64,000 bases of DNA from Takakia lepidozioides (lineage: Eukaryota > Plantae > Bryophyta): contig CM060733.1 of the NCBI GenBank assembly GCA_030704615.1, positions 7,564,001-7,628,000 of the forward strand, written 5' to 3'. Below, piece after piece: positions 11,501 through 24,742 of this stretch. The first letter of the stretch is position 1. Every line of letters begins with the position of its first letter. The position numbers and the translations under genes are program-made. Under the pieces are notes generated by a model. The model searched no databases. It saw only the letters and a list, made by a program, of their open reading frames with translations, and was not told where the DNA came from.

Positions 11501-12669
11501 TACTCCCCCTCTCTCACTTTGTTAAGGTCTAGGTAACACCATTCAAGAAATGCCTAATCCCGTTATTCTATGGGGAATTTTTGCACAGGAAAATGGAAAA
11601 CAAGTTTCCCTAATCCTAACGTAAAGTATCAACCTATATGGTCAGAAGAGAGGCTGCCCTATATGGTTAGAAGCCCTAGCTGCTCTTTTCATTTAAAAGA
11701 CGAGCCAACAACAGCTGGAGGAGGAGTCACCTTACTCCCTGAACTATGGCTCCAGGCGAGCTACTCACCTAGACTATATATCCCTTGTTTGAGTACCCGG
11801 CTCTGGTAACACCTTCATTTTGGAAATGGGTAAGATAACTAGCACCGCCCCAGCCCCTAGTATAATGTCTTTTCTTTATATTTTGCAACCCATGACTGTC
11901 TCTAAACTGAATATGAACAACAACCACAAGCCTTCACTTTTTTAGAGGGTAGGCATACTCGGACTGTGAAAAAGGGCATAAGGAAGTCTTCATGGTGCAT
12001 CATGCTTGGTGTGGAATGGTGTTGACACTTGCTTGTGATATTCTCAAATACTTGATGGACTGAAGGAAGATGTTAGGATCTAGTCACTAGTGGCAACCTT
12101 GCCATTTGCTGATCCCTTTCACAAGATAAAGCCTATTGCAACCCTTCATGCCTACCATGACATAGGTAGATCACTATGTGGATTTACTTTGACACTGTGA
12201 CCTCTGAGGGACTCGAGTAAGCCCACATGGAGCATTTTGAATTCAAAGAACTGCTTCAAAACAACCAATCCCCTAGCTGCTATGGCTATTCTCATAGCTG
12301 CAATTTTGACTTCTACAAAGATTCCACTAAAAGTATTCAAGTGAGAATCTATGGACATTTCTAATCTACATATGGAAACTAGGAAGAACCTTCTGGTCAA
12401 AGCCTTGGTTGCATATGATATGGCACCCCATGTAAGCAATTGCCAGGTTTGCAGGCATACATGTTCACAAATCTGAATTTTGCAGGACTTTGTGAGGTTT
12501 CTATGTAAAAGCTACTGTCTATATCGAAGTAGCTGGATCATGTCCAGATATATGATGTTGTTAAACACAACAAGACTAGATGCAAATGATCTAGGACTCG
12601 ACAAGTCTTGACATGACTAAATCACACTCGCTAATTTTGTGAAGTCACAACGGGAGTGAGTCCCTCACA

Positions 12670-12770
12670 AAGGTAGTGTCTGTTCCATTTTGTTCCACCA
12701 AAACTGGGCACGGGGCCTATGGCCACAAGTCTACAGCAAACATCGTCTGAGTACATTCTAATTTTTTTCT
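12670..12770 (+). mobile_element. Short 3'-end copy of the same LINE family
   Basis: TTTTGTTCCACCAAAACTGGGCACGGGGCCTATGGCCACAAG...CAAACATCGTCTGAGTACA matches the reverse complement of 13225-13310. A further copy lies at ~15340-15400 on the minus strand. Confidence 0.7.
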
Positions 12771-13221
12771 CTCAATCTTCACATGTGCTTTCCATGGCAC
12801 AAGGCTGTAACAACACATTTGATTAATCTATCAACTTCTGGAAACAGCCTGATTTGTCTTTCTTGTGTCACCCTTGTGTAAAAGGCAATGCAAAAAAAGA
12901 AGCAACTAGAAATTCCTGCAGCCAACCAGTTATCTGACTGGCAACCAATAAAACAGGTCATCTTCAAGAGATAAGCAATCGACTTCTCCAAAGGAACCAT
13001 CGACAACTTTTCCACTCCGTACCATTCTGATTACTGAAATTGTCACAGCTCTCAGCATTGTCTTCAGTCTCTTAACTCAAATAGCGCAAAATGAGGGGTT
13101 GCTATCTTTGGAGAAAACTACACAAGAAACTTGATTATAAACTGTACACTATCCTCACTGTCTTGCCCAGCAACCGGGCACATGGGTTCCCTTCATCTGG
13201 ACTGAGTTACAGGTAGAGAGA

Positions 13222-15311
13222 TTGTACTCATAAGACGTTGTTTGCCGTAGCCTTGTGGCCATTGACCCCGCGCCCAGTTTGAGCGGGAACAAAAGGGACA
13301 GAACCTACCTCTGTCAGGGGCTGACGTTGGTAGTAAGACTTACCTTTCATATAAAGAATTAATCCGGGTTTTCTAGATATCCTCTAGAAATCCCTTCACA
13401 CAAGCATCAATAGGCCTCAGGAGGGCCTGGGCTTTTGGCTCAGCCTTGAGACTTTCAAAGTTGGTAAACAGGGGTACAGGCACAATTCCCTTGATAGAGT
13501 TGAAGAGAGCGTCTCTTTGGTGAGAGAACCCCGGACAGTGTATCAGAAAATGAATACTGTCTTCAGATTGCCCACACAATGGGCAATTGCACTCTCCCTT
13601 TCCTCTCTGCTTCTGTTTGCTGTTCAAAGGTAGGCTTCCTGCCCTGAGTTTAAATTTCAGTCTAGTGCCGAGAGTGGGTAGACCCTTGAGGTCATCCAAG
13701 ATGTCCTCCCCCATGTCACTGACTGGAAACAAGTTCAGGGAGGTTTTCTGCCTACCTTCATTTTCATCAGACAATCTCATGGCAACAGACATGGCATCGG
13801 ACACTACAGCCTCTAAATCAGATTTATCCAGCAGGGTCAAGACTTGCGGATCCAGGTCCAGGACCTTGAGAATCTCTTCTACTCTCTTCTGCCAGGACTT
13901 AAGCCTGTTTGACAGGGCAGTCCTGTTTCCAAGATATAGAGTCGATTAACTTAGGATATCTGGTGTTGGGCATATGTTGCAGCTGACCCCGCCATCTGAC
14001 CTTGAATTCATCTCGTCGGGAGCTTAAGGACGGAATGCCAAACTCACCCCGAACAGCCAAATTGGCTGTTTTGGAGAATGCTGACATACACTCCTTAAGC
14101 ACCCCCACTTGAATGGATTCTAGAGACTTAGCCTGGTTGGAGTTATCAACCCATATAGCAGATCCGTACTCCAAGGCAGGTCTAATAACGCGGCAAAGCA
14201 TGGTTTTCTTAACCTCAGAGTTGACCCCTCTGCAGTGGAAAAATTTAGTGAGCCCCAGAGCTTTGCCCTTGCCAGATTGAACAACTTTCCGGATATGTGC
14301 AACCCAATTACAATCGGAGGAAAATTCAACGCTTAGGTAAGTGTAGGAAGGGAGGACCGGGATCTCTTGGCTACCCCACTGCCACTTAAGATCACTTCCT
14401 CCCTCTCCTCTGTCGTTGAATGCTACCACTGCACATTTGCTGACATTAGCCTCTAGCCCCCAAAGATCAAAGTATCTCTTCGCGCAATCAATCAACTCCT
14501 GGAGATTGGTCGGAGTCTCCCCTATGCCTGCGAAGTCATCCGCAAACATAAGGGCTGGTATGGTGGTATCACCCACCCTTAACCCAAATCCCTCACTTTC
14601 CACATCCTCGAGGAGTTGATTGATAAAAACATTGAAGAGCAGAGGGGAGAGAGTACATCCTTGAGCTACACCTTGGTCTATGTCAAAGAAGTTGGACTTC
14701 TGTCCGTTAACAGTGACACAGCTTTTGGTGTGAGCATACAAGTTGTGGACAACTCTCCACATCTTTCCCTTGATCCCACAAGACCAGAGGCGGAACCATA
14801 GGCCATCTCTCCACACTGTGTCATAAGCCTTTTTGACATCCAGGAAAAAAACATAAGTGGGTTTCCCTTCTTTTTTCCTTCCCTGGATAATCTGGCTTAG
14901 AGTGAAGATATGATCCACACAGCCCCTGTTTCGCCGAAAGCCAGCTTGGCCTTCGTGGAAACAACCTCTAGACTCCAGATCAACCTCGAGACGAGTACTT
15001 ATAACTCTGCAGAATGTCTTGCCAACAGCATTGAGGAGCGTGATGCCACGGTAGTTCCCCGGTTCTTCTCTGTCACCCTTCTTGTATAGATTGACAATGA
15101 CCCCCTGTCGCCAGCGAAAGGGGATCATTTCAGTCTTCCAGATAAGGTTAAAGAGGAGAACTAGGGCCTCTATCATGGGATCGCCACCGTGCTTGATAAG
15201 CTCGTTGACAATACCATCAGGTCCACCAGCTTTATATCCATTTAAATGTTCAATTGCTTCCACAATCTCAGAAGAACTAATGGGAGCGTTGTAAGCCATT
15301 GAAATATACTC
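13222..15311 (-). mobile_element. 5'-truncated non-LTR retrotransposon (LINE; RTE-X/L2-like) with RT and C-terminal CCHC finger
   Basis: ORF 13899..15299 has KAGGPDGI, NYRGITLL, QAGFR, FLDVKKAYD, GVAQGCTLSPLLF and MFADD. The frameshifted continuation 13373..13840 has CPLCGQSEDSIHFLIHCP. A 12-bp direct repeat CAGGTAGAGAGA at 13210-13221 and 15312-15323 is the TSD. Confidence 0.93.
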
Positions 15312-16963
15312 CAGGTAGAGAGAGAGGGAGATAATGCATCATTAAGACAACATTTTACGTGGCCATAGACCCCGTGCCGAGTTTGGGCGAAACAAGAGGG
15401 GAGGGAGGGAGAGAGAGAGATATGGGAGGAAGATTTAAGAGAGGTATAAAAACGCTTCTCACCTTAGCAGAATTATTTGCAGCATGCACCAGTCTGCTCC
15501 TGCACTTCATATACGATCTCTGCCCTCAATCCACGATGTTCAGCCACTGCATCTCCTGTCTTCCAACTGCCCTCACAACGCCCACTAGTAAGATATGCTG
15601 TACTATTGAGGTGGACTAATGAGGCCTCTTGGTGCCATCAATCAATAACATAACCAAAATTTTATCTCGGTCGTGGACATGAGAGCCCTGCAACACACTG
15701 CAATTTGACATACTGGATAATATGCCACCTGTGCACTATAGCCAGCCATCACATACCCTGTGTGCCATGTCCTCTTCATCAACAATTCCATGTCAAAAAA
15801 ATTGCATTGCTTCAGCAAAGTTGCTCCGAAGTACACTTGGTGAGCACCTCGGCGTGAGTGCACTTGCCTTGCAATTGCCATAACAAAGAATCAGGTGTGC
15901 CTGGATTGGAGTTAATCCAACAACCTCAACAGCCAGTAGCATCAGCCTTCCTTGTTCCAACAGACTCCAGGAGAATATAGGGGTTGCCACTCCTAACGCT
16001 GAAATCTGCAGGGGTGGCTCGGAATAAATCATGCAGGAACTCCCTTTGATCTGTGTAAATTTTGCATAATCCTTGAAAGCAAGGGCACTAATGATATGAC
16101 TGGCAACCCCAAACATACTGCAAAGCGGTCCTGTAGCCATCCCTCACACCTGTTGTAAAACTGGAATTAAGTGTGCCAGAGCTTGGACTTCACTGTAGGA
16201 ATGGTTTATTTGGCACCAGAACTCACAAAGTCAACTTGTGCTGACCACAATGTTGCGACAACAGCTTGGCATCCTTCTGTTTCTGTTTTTCGACCTGCCT
16301 TCTTGCAATCAGAGATTCATCTACCTGGACCCCATAATGTTCACTCCCTTTCAACATAATCTCTCCTCCTCCTCTTTTGCCTTAAGAGTGACTTTTGTCT
16401 CTCAGTAGTGAGATTCCCAGACTAATGTGGCAACATGTGCACAAGTTTGCTCAGATGTTCCAAAATTAGTATACACTCATGCCTTTTTACAGCCCTTGCA
16501 GTTTTATGGCATCTGCCAGCAAATGCCAAAACCATATTTCTAAACTCACCCTGACACATGATCTCTGTCTCTCTCTCTCTGTCTCTGATAGAAATATTCT
16601 TATTCTTCCCCGTAATGCACTGCGAATGGCAAACTTCACATCTGTATGCAATGAAACGATCTTAAAATCTTCTGACACACTACTGCTGGAATTGTTGGCA
16701 TGCACCTGCCAATGTCTTTATTGCAATACGCTTACATGAACATCAGTATGTCAAACTCATATTCACTCAAACTGCTTTATGAAATGCTTGCCATGAATAG
16801 TTCGACCCTTGAACACTTCATGCCAAGATGTAAACGTCCAGGAAATGGCCATAATTCCCCTTAAACTGAAAACAAGCATGTTTATGATCCAAGGCACCAC
16901 ACAGACCAATTCAACCTTTTGTCTAAATCTAGTAGAGATGTTTAACAAAACGAAAGAATTAGG

Positions 16964-17302
16964 TTATGAGACCTGTGAAATTGGCCTCTTCCCCAGTCGT
17001 TTAATTTCACGTTCCATGCGTCCCGTCAACATGAGTGCAAACATCTTGAAATCACAGGCAAAAGACCAGAAGGGGTGTCCGAAGGTGGCCGGGGTGTTGC
17101 CTTCAATGAAGAAATGGCTGTACCATGCAAGCCCGTAGCCAAAGAGGGGAGCGAAGAAGAGCAACCACCACTTAATCAGAAGAGCGGCCAAAAAGAACAA
17201 TGTTGCACTCCCTGTTGCACAGAAGTGCCAACGCCTCGTCGCAGCCTTCGAATGCTGGTTGACATAGAACGGCCAGAATTCCTCAAAGCTTCTGAAATGC
17301 AT
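16964..17302 (-). CDS. DUF962 / Mpo1-like small membrane protein (112 aa from ATG 17302)
   Basis: FRSFEEFWPFYVNQHSK..TRRWHF, GYGLAWYSHFFIEGNTPATFGHPFWS...DFKMF; intact single coding exon. The ORF-track start at 17308 is a TTG. Confidence 0.9.
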   Translation of the reverse strand: MHFRSFEEFWPFYVNQHSKAATRRWHFCATGSATLFFLAALLIKWWLLFFAPLFGYGLAWYSHFFIEGNTPATFGHPFWSFACDFKMFALMLTGRMEREIKRLGKRPISQVS

Positions 17303-18581
17303 CTTCAATAATCGTGCCAGGGACTCAAACCTGTGAAAAACTTATTCTATTCTTAAGTTGAGAATCTTTCAAAACCTGTGTCTGACGGTGTGTGAGGAGC
17401 AAGAGGACAATACCAGAGAGGACGTCTTCAGGAAAGAGCAGATGACACTACCTCCTTCGCGTTTGCAAGTTTCTCTAGAGGACTGATTATTGAAGACGAG
17501 CTGCATGAATGATTCTGCTTGCGTTCTCGTGAAGCTGGCATACCTCTTCTCGAACTTGACCTTTGCATGAGAATTCTCGGGAACGGGAAAGACAAATATG
17601 ACACACAATATGCTCGGCTATGAAAACACGTATATCTTGAGACACCTATTTACAGAGCCAGAGAGTTTACTATACATCGATAGATGAAAAAATATTGCAC
17701 AAAGGTCGGAATCAAATAGAAAACAAGAAATTTACAACACGCAGGAAACAGGGGCACGAAACTGTTGATAGACACATAGTGCGGTACCACAATTCACGAC
17801 AGAGAGAGAGAGAGGCTTGTACTCGTGTGCACGCAAGCATAGGTGCGCGCGGAGCCTCGGAGAAAGAGATACGGCCATCCAGATACATACGAATACAGAT
17901 ACTCTACATTATTCGTGTATGCGGCAGAAATTAGATTACATATAAAATTCCGTAATTTTGATTTTTGTCCCTCCTCTGTAAAGGGCCTGAAGTGTGTGAT
18001 CTGTTCGCTCCCAGGTTTCGTCTTCTTTTTTCCTGTGAAGGGAAACACCGTGAGAGGAGAATAAACCTCTTTCACAGTAACCTCGCCGTGAAGGGCTTTC
18101 GCATGGGACACTGCCCAAGGGAAGGGGGAGAAGAACATATTAAGATACCACACCCGTCAAGGTAGCAGGATTTGACCCCAGAATCGTCTGGGAGGCACTG
18201 AGTGCAACACTATCCAACTCCACCTGAGGTACCTGTTGCTGGATTTCGAGAGAAAGAAAAAAGAAATGGGACCATAGGCACCAGTGATGGATTTATTGGC
18301 TTATGTTTTTCAGAAGAAGGGAGAAAGCCCACAAAGATGGAATTCGACCCCAGAATCTCCACATGGTTATTACAGCATTGATATCACTAACTATTCTGGG
18401 TTATCATAATTATTTTTGTTCTTTATCAGCCGAAAGTTTAAATGATAGAAAGCAAACTAGAATACCTAGTTTTAATGAACTGAATTATTAGTCTGAATAA
18501 AGGTGGTGTGCAGGGCGCCGATTGGCCAGCGGCGTACGGTAGTAAGTACCTGCCAAGTACCGATCTGGTACACATAAAAGA

Positions 18582-19945
18582 GCCATGTTCTCGAACGCCT
18601 GGCATGCATCCTTGATGCTCCCACATTTTGCATACACATCAGCCAAGGTAGTCTCCAGAACAATATTTGGGGCAATTGCAGCTTTGATGATGTCAGTGTG
18701 GACCTCTTTGCCCTTTTCAAGGAATCCTAGGTTGGCACATGCATTAAGAAGGCAAGTGAATGTGACCCTGTCAGGTGTCACCCCTTCCATTTGCCATAGA
18801 CCTCGAAAGCCTCCCACCCACACCCATGCTGGGCATATCCTGTGATCATCGCACTCCAAGAGACCACATATTGTTTAAACATATTGTCAAACACTTCACC
18901 CGCATCCTTCGGGCTCCCACATTTGGCATATGTGTCGACAAGTGTATTCTCTAAATTTACATATGATACAATCCAGCTTTGATGACCTATTTCCCTCTGT
19001 CCAGGGCTCCCAGACTGGCACACCAATTGAGAATGCAAATGAAGGTGACCCTGTTGGGGGTCACCCCTTCCCATCACATTTCCTCATAGATCTTTAAAGC
19101 CTCGCTACCACACCCATTGTCAGCATACCCTCGCTCCATGACACCACATCTTGTTGAGGCATCCGACAATTCCATGGTTGCATGAGCCATGTTCAACTTC
19201 CTGGGTTCAAGGCACTGTCGTTTCAAACACTTGACATGCATCTTTTATGCCCGCATTTTGCATACATGTCAACAAGGGTATCCTCTAAGTTCACATGTGA
19301 CTCCATTCCAGCTTTAATGATGTCAGCATGGACCTCCTTCCCCTTTTCCAGGGCTCATAGGTGGGCACACGCATTGAGAATGCAAAGGAATGTTACCCTG
19401 CTGGGCGTCACCCCTTCCCATTGCAGCTGTTCGTTGATCTTTAAAGCCTCTCTAATAAACCCGTGCTTGTATATCCTGCTATCATTATTGTCCACGTAAT
19501 GTATCTTTTTCGCGCATGGTAGCAAACATTTGGCGTGCATCCAACATGCTCCTGCACTTGGCATACATGTTGACAAGGGTGTTGAGTAGAGAAATTTCTG
19601 GCTCAAATCCACTCTGAATGATGTGGCGTGCACCTCTTTTCCCTCTGCTAGGCCCTTCTTGTTGATGCACTCCTGTAAGAGACAGAGATAAGTACTGGCG
19701 TCTATGCGAATGCCTCCTTGGTTCAAAGTGTGCAGAGCCTTCAGTCGTCCTATCTTACATAGTGTTCTCACATCCCAACAAGTGCCGAAAGGGTTCTTGT
19801 TGGCTACCAATCTTGGCCCCCTGTCGAAAGCAGTTGCAATGCTTTAGGTGCTACCCCTGCTCCCAGTCTGATGTCCAGCATACATATGTCTGATTCAACC
19901 CTGCAATCCTGCATAATTGAACAGTCTTATTCCAAACCTGTACAC
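18582..19945 (-). pseudogene. Truncated, frameshifted PLS-class PPR pseudogene, tandem paralog of the neighbouring DYW gene
   Basis: Fragments in shifting frames ([39 protein letters not shown]) are collinear with the N-terminal part of 20817..22748; no E/DYW domain follows. Confidence 0.88.
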
Positions 19946-20816
19946 GATATCACAACTTGTATCTCAAAGTTCAAAGAAAGATCTTGGCATAGGAAGTCAT
20001 CATGCCATCTTCTTCAACCAAACTGTTTCTGCAAGTATGGGCGTAAGACAAATTTCAGCCTGGATTGCTTTACTTGCACACAATTGGGAGACCCAAGAGA
20101 ATGCACATGTGTACCTTTGTTCAGTATCCCTGGAGGCTGGAGAGATGTCACAGCCATGATTTGCAAGGGTCCCAGGCCCGGCATTGCACAGGTGGATGCC
20201 CATCTCCACAGACTGGCCTGTAAATCTGCTGCATGGGGTGTTGCCTACCACCCGTACAGGGCCTTAGGTTTGGCTTCACCCTGCAGGCCCAGACACTCTC
20301 GCTACTCCGAGAGAGGGAGGAGATTGTAAAGTCACAAGAAGAATGCAATTGTCCCCATAGAACACCTCTTTAAAAAAGAGGGCAAGCCCATTTAACTTAC
20401 ACTTTTGCAGAATTGATCATTCCCTGGACATTAAAGATAATTAACTAAATCCATCCATTGGGTGAAGTATCTTACTATGATTCTACTTCATACATATACA
20501 ATATTCGCAGAATATATACTTTGTTGTAAGCTTTGAGTGTTCTGTTGATAGAATGACTGAGGGAGGGATCAGCAGCACACTTTGGGATACTTTTCTTTCT
20601 TCTGAGAACAGTATGGTCAATGGCGTAGATAGCTGCTGTACTCTCCAGCTGCTGTTCCAGAATCATAAATCCTCACCATGGGCAGCTCACAGAAAGTGCA
20701 AAGCCATATGTCGAACACGTTTATTCCTTGTTTACAAAAATCATGACAAAGTATGCATGGGATTTTTTGCCCTCATGTTTGGACCAACACACTTCCTTGA
20801 ATTCCTGTTGCTTGTT

Positions 20817-22748
20817 TCACCAGTAATCCCCACAAGAACAAACCCCGTCTTGAAAGTGGTGAAAGCGATTGGCATCCCGTACTATAATTGCTCGCCCAAC
20901 AATCTTGGAGATGAATTTTGTTGCAGTATGGCAGTCACCACACACCCGAAGGTTCTTGATGATGCGGATAGGCGCCCTGGGAGGCACGCTGATGAGCCCA
21001 AAAGCAATGGCCAACCTCTCACTGTGGTAGCAAAGAGAAACTTCCTTTTGGGCCTCCTCCATATCATGTAATACAAAACGCGTGTCAGGCACATACCCAG
21101 CCTCCTTCATTTGACCAGACAATTTCTCCAGCTCAGCATGGATTTCCTGAATTTGTGGATGCAACTTGTCTTCTGCAATGAAGGTATGCAGCTGGTTGTT
21201 CACCTCAATGGAGCTGCGCCCTGCCTCCTTCCTGACGCCTCTGTCCTCCATCAGTTTTCTTAGCTTTGCTTTATCATCCCACCTGCCAGCTGCAGCATAG
21301 ATATTTGACAGTAGCACATATGGTGCAAGGTCCTGTGGATCCCACTTGAGAACGCAATTTGCTGCATGTTCTGCTAGCTTCACATACCCATGAAGGCTAC
21401 AGGCACCCAGCAAGGCCCCCCATACCGAAGCATCTGGTTCGATTGGCATTTTGTTAATGAATTCCTCTGCCTCCTCCACTCGCCCTGCACGACCAAGAAG
21501 GTCTACTATGCAGCCAAAATGCTCCATTGTAGGAGTCAGGCCATGATCTCGGCTCATTGAATGGAAGTAGTGACAGCCTTCATCCACAAGACCCACATGG
21601 CTACATGCAGAGAGAAGAGATGTAAAAGTGATAGTGTTTGGCTTCAAGGCGTCCTGTTGCATTTGTTCAAATAGTTGCACGGCATCCCTACCACACCCAT
21701 GCTGAGAAAATCCTGCGATCAGGGAGTTCCATGAAACCACATCTCGTTTGGCCATTCTGCCAAACACTTGACGTGCATCCGTCATGGTACCGCATTTAGC
21801 ATACATGTTAACTAGGGCATTCTCCAAATTAATGTATGACATAATTCCAGCTTTCAAAATCATTGCATGGACCTCCTTCCCCTTCTCCAGGGCTCCTAGG
21901 CTGGCACATGCATTGAGTACACTGATGAATGTAACCCTGTTGGGCTTCACCCCTTCCACTTGCATTTGCTCATACATCTTGAGAGCCTCCCTACCATATA
22001 CATGCTGAGCATATCCTGTGATCATTGCACTCCATGAGATTACATCTCGTTTAGCCATATTATCAAACACCTGATGCGCATCCTTCATGCTACCACATTT
22101 GGCATACATGTCAACAATTGTATTCTCCAAAATGATATCCAACCCAATTCCAGCTGTTTTAATGTCAGTATGAACCTCTTTGCCCTTTTCCAGGGCTCCT
22201 AGGCTAGCACACGCATTGAGAACGCAAGTGAATGTGACCCTGTCAGGTGTCACCCCTTTCCTTTGCATCTGCTCATATATTTTCAAAGCCTCCTTAGCAT
22301 GCCCACTTTTGGCATATCCTGCCATCATCATACTCCACGTAAACATATTTCGATCAGGCATTTTGTCAAATACGTGGCGTGCATCCACCACGCTCCCGCA
22401 CTTAGCATACATGTTGACAAGAGTGTTGAATAGAAAGATGTCTGGCTTGCAATTGCATTGGATAATATGGGCATGCACCTGCCTTCCCTCTGCTAGGCCT
22501 TTCATGCGGATGCACTCCTGCAATAGAGATATGTAAGTACTGGCATCTGCCCGATTGCCTCCTTGGTTCAAAATATTCAGTGCTTCTTTCAGTCGGCCTG
22601 CCTTACACAGTGTCCGCACATCCCCACAAGTGCCAGAAGAGTTCTGATTTACTCCTCTTGTTCCACTTTCAAAAGCAGTGCTAATGGTGCGGCCCCTGCT
22701 GCCAGTCTGATGTCCAACAAACAACTGTGCCTGATTCAACCCTGACAT
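20817..22748 (-). CDS. PLS-class PPR protein with E/E+/DYW deaminase domain (organellar C-to-U RNA editing factor), 643 aa from first ATG
   Basis: Intronless ORF with P-L-S triplets, E domain (VWGALLGAC...[14 protein letters not shown]), [20 protein letters not shown] and terminal CSCGDYW. The ORF-track start at 22787 is GTG; the first in-frame ATG is at 22748. Confidence 0.95.
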   Translation of the reverse strand: MSGLNQAQLFVGHQTGSRGRTISTAFESGTRGVNQNSSGTCGDVRTLCKAGRLKEALNILNQGGNRADASTYISLLQECIRMKGLAEGRQVHAHIIQCNCKPDIFLFNTLVNMYAKCGSVVDARHVFDKMPDRNMFTWSMMMAGYAKSGHAKEALKIYEQMQRKGVTPDRVTFTCVLNACASLGALEKGKEVHTDIKTAGIGLDIILENTIVDMYAKCGSMKDAHQVFDNMAKRDVISWSAMITGYAQHVYGREALKMYEQMQVEGVKPNRVTFISVLNACASLGALEKGKEVHAMILKAGIMSYINLENALVNMYAKCGTMTDARQVFGRMAKRDVVSWNSLIAGFSQHGCGRDAVQLFEQMQQDALKPNTITFTSLLSACSHVGLVDEGCHYFHSMSRDHGLTPTMEHFGCIVDLLGRAGRVEEAEEFINKMPIEPDASVWGALLGACSLHGYVKLAEHAANCVLKWDPQDLAPYVLLSNIYAAAGRWDDKAKLRKLMEDRGVRKEAGRSSIEVNNQLHTFIAEDKLHPQIQEIHAELEKLSGQMKEAGYVPDTRFVLHDMEEAQKEVSLCYHSERLAIAFGLISVPPRAPIRIIKNLRVCGDCHTATKFISKIVGRAIIVRDANRFHHFQDGVCSCGDYW

Positions 22749-23984
22749 CCTGCATGACTCGGAACTCTTAGTTTGAAACGTTTGCACATTATGTTACACA
22801 ATATATCGCAAAACCCCTAGATATGTTGAAGAAAGATATTTCCACGAGGACAGGCATCTGGTTTTATAGATAGAAATAGTAGGATCCATTCTCAAACTAC
22901 TCCAAGTAGATGACTGCAGCAGTTCTGTAACCCTGTTAATCTATTTGTGTTGGAATCCCCAAAATTATCATCATTAACAATACCCTTTGTATTCTTGACC
23001 TGGAGCTCGATGATGTACATTCAAACTAGAATCATCACCAGATTGTGCTCGACCTTCTATAAGGGCAGCTAGCTCTGCTTTCACCCAAGGAGGCTTCAAG
23101 AAACCATCAATCCAAAGGACCTCCATCGTGCTGTTCTGTCTAAAGTCTGATCTTGGACCTTTCTGTTAAAAACCACAAGTGGATAGCTCAGCTGCCACAG
23201 CTTCAACCATATAGTGCATAAACCAGGCTAAAACAGCCAAAGCTCTATGAACATCTCAAAAAACAGGCAACAACTCCAAACAAACCAACTTCTATGTGGG
23301 TAACCAATCACAGATCAAACAAAAAGAATACCTAACATGGAGCGTGTAATAGTGCAAAACTTTGGCTTTACTATGGCCTTGCGACTAGACAATACTGAGG
23401 CGCCATAGCTGGTGCAAAATGGTTCGCTGAGCTTCAATCCTGCAGATAATGGAACAACCTTGATATACACTACTATCAATATCCATAGTGACCATTTCTC
23501 AATGTCTGCATGTCGTAACAGTATCCACATTTTCCAGTGGAATTCTGCACAGAAATACCATGCACCGTGCACGAGAACTCACGAACATGCACGCTATCCA
23601 AGCATACAATGCAATTTATCATACATCAGCACGCAGCATTTACTTTAACCTACATTCTGCTGTAAGCTGAAATTCATGGGATTACCACAGCACTGAAAGG
23701 GGAACTGTCAGACAGTAGCTGTACCGGAAATGATGCCAACTCCTCCACTCCATCCTTCAGCTGGCACGAACAAACTTTGGTCACAGTTCAATTGCCCCTT
23801 TACCGCCAACGAGTGTGGAGTTTACAGAGGGATGAAAGAGAAGTCGAGAGTCCTGTCCTATAGTGGTTCACTGGACCCCCCAACATTTTGTTCAAGCAGA
23901 TTGAGAAACAATTGCACTCTTTGGTAAATGCCTGAGCATTTCATATCACCTACTTCTACAGGCACAGTTTTTTGCTTGATGCAC

Positions 23985-24135
23985 AGAGAAACAAAGAACC
24001 CAAGAAAGAAATGAAATGAAATGATGCTTTATAACATCCACGGAAAGCTCAAAGAGCTTGTAGGACGAGAAAGCATTTAACGCCTGTTGCAGATATGCTG
24101 CCAAGTCTTTCTGATCCTTGTACTGGAAACCCTCT
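23985..24135 (-). mobile_element. 3' tail fragment of the (CATTT)n LINE family, minus strand
   Basis: GAAATGAAATGAAATGATGCTTTATAACATCCACGGAAAGCTCAAAGAGCTT is the reverse complement of the tail module. Confidence 0.75.
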
Positions 24136-24742
24136 GTGAGGAATTGCCTATCTGGGACTAGACAGTAGTATCTCCCCCGGGATAGGAATTACCTCCATGA
24201 AGGTAGCCTAGGGCCTGTAATTGCTTTCCATTACCAACCCGGCCCGTTGTTGCTCTTTCCCTCCCTCCCTTCTCTACCTTCCCTCGCAATGCTACCGAGA
24301 ATTAGAGAGAACGCTTTTCTGCTCAAGTCTGTTCCACGAGGTCGAATTGGGGGACGATTTTGAAGCGATTGTTTCTTTGTCCTCTGTTTCTGTAGCAAAG
24401 CTTTCCAAGTAGTTTGGAAAAGCTGTTTTTCCCCCTCTCTGTAGGCCCACGGATCCACCTTCTATTCTGCAAATTGCAGGTGTCGTCAATCTGTCTGGGA
24501 TTATCTACCATCACACACGCTTGACGCTTCTCCTGTAATTGGAGCTGAGGTCGCACTAAAACGGGAGTAGAGTCTGTATTCCCACGTCTAGGCAGCACTG
24601 GCAATGCCTGCTCTTGTTGTTTTTCAGTCAAGAAAGGAATTGATCAACCGTGAAGGATCGCCTGCGATGCACAAGCAGGAACGATGAAACTCGCTGTGAA
24701 GCATTTGCTAGCTGGATATGCTACGGTTTGAATTCTGGGACA

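Noticed and set aside
11930-12480. Minus-strand ORF 12152..12439 and flanks
   Set aside because: No recognisable motif; likely decayed repeat.
15420-16160. Several short minus-strand ORFs after a splice-acceptor-like site
   Set aside because: Stops occur in all frames and no protein family was recognised.
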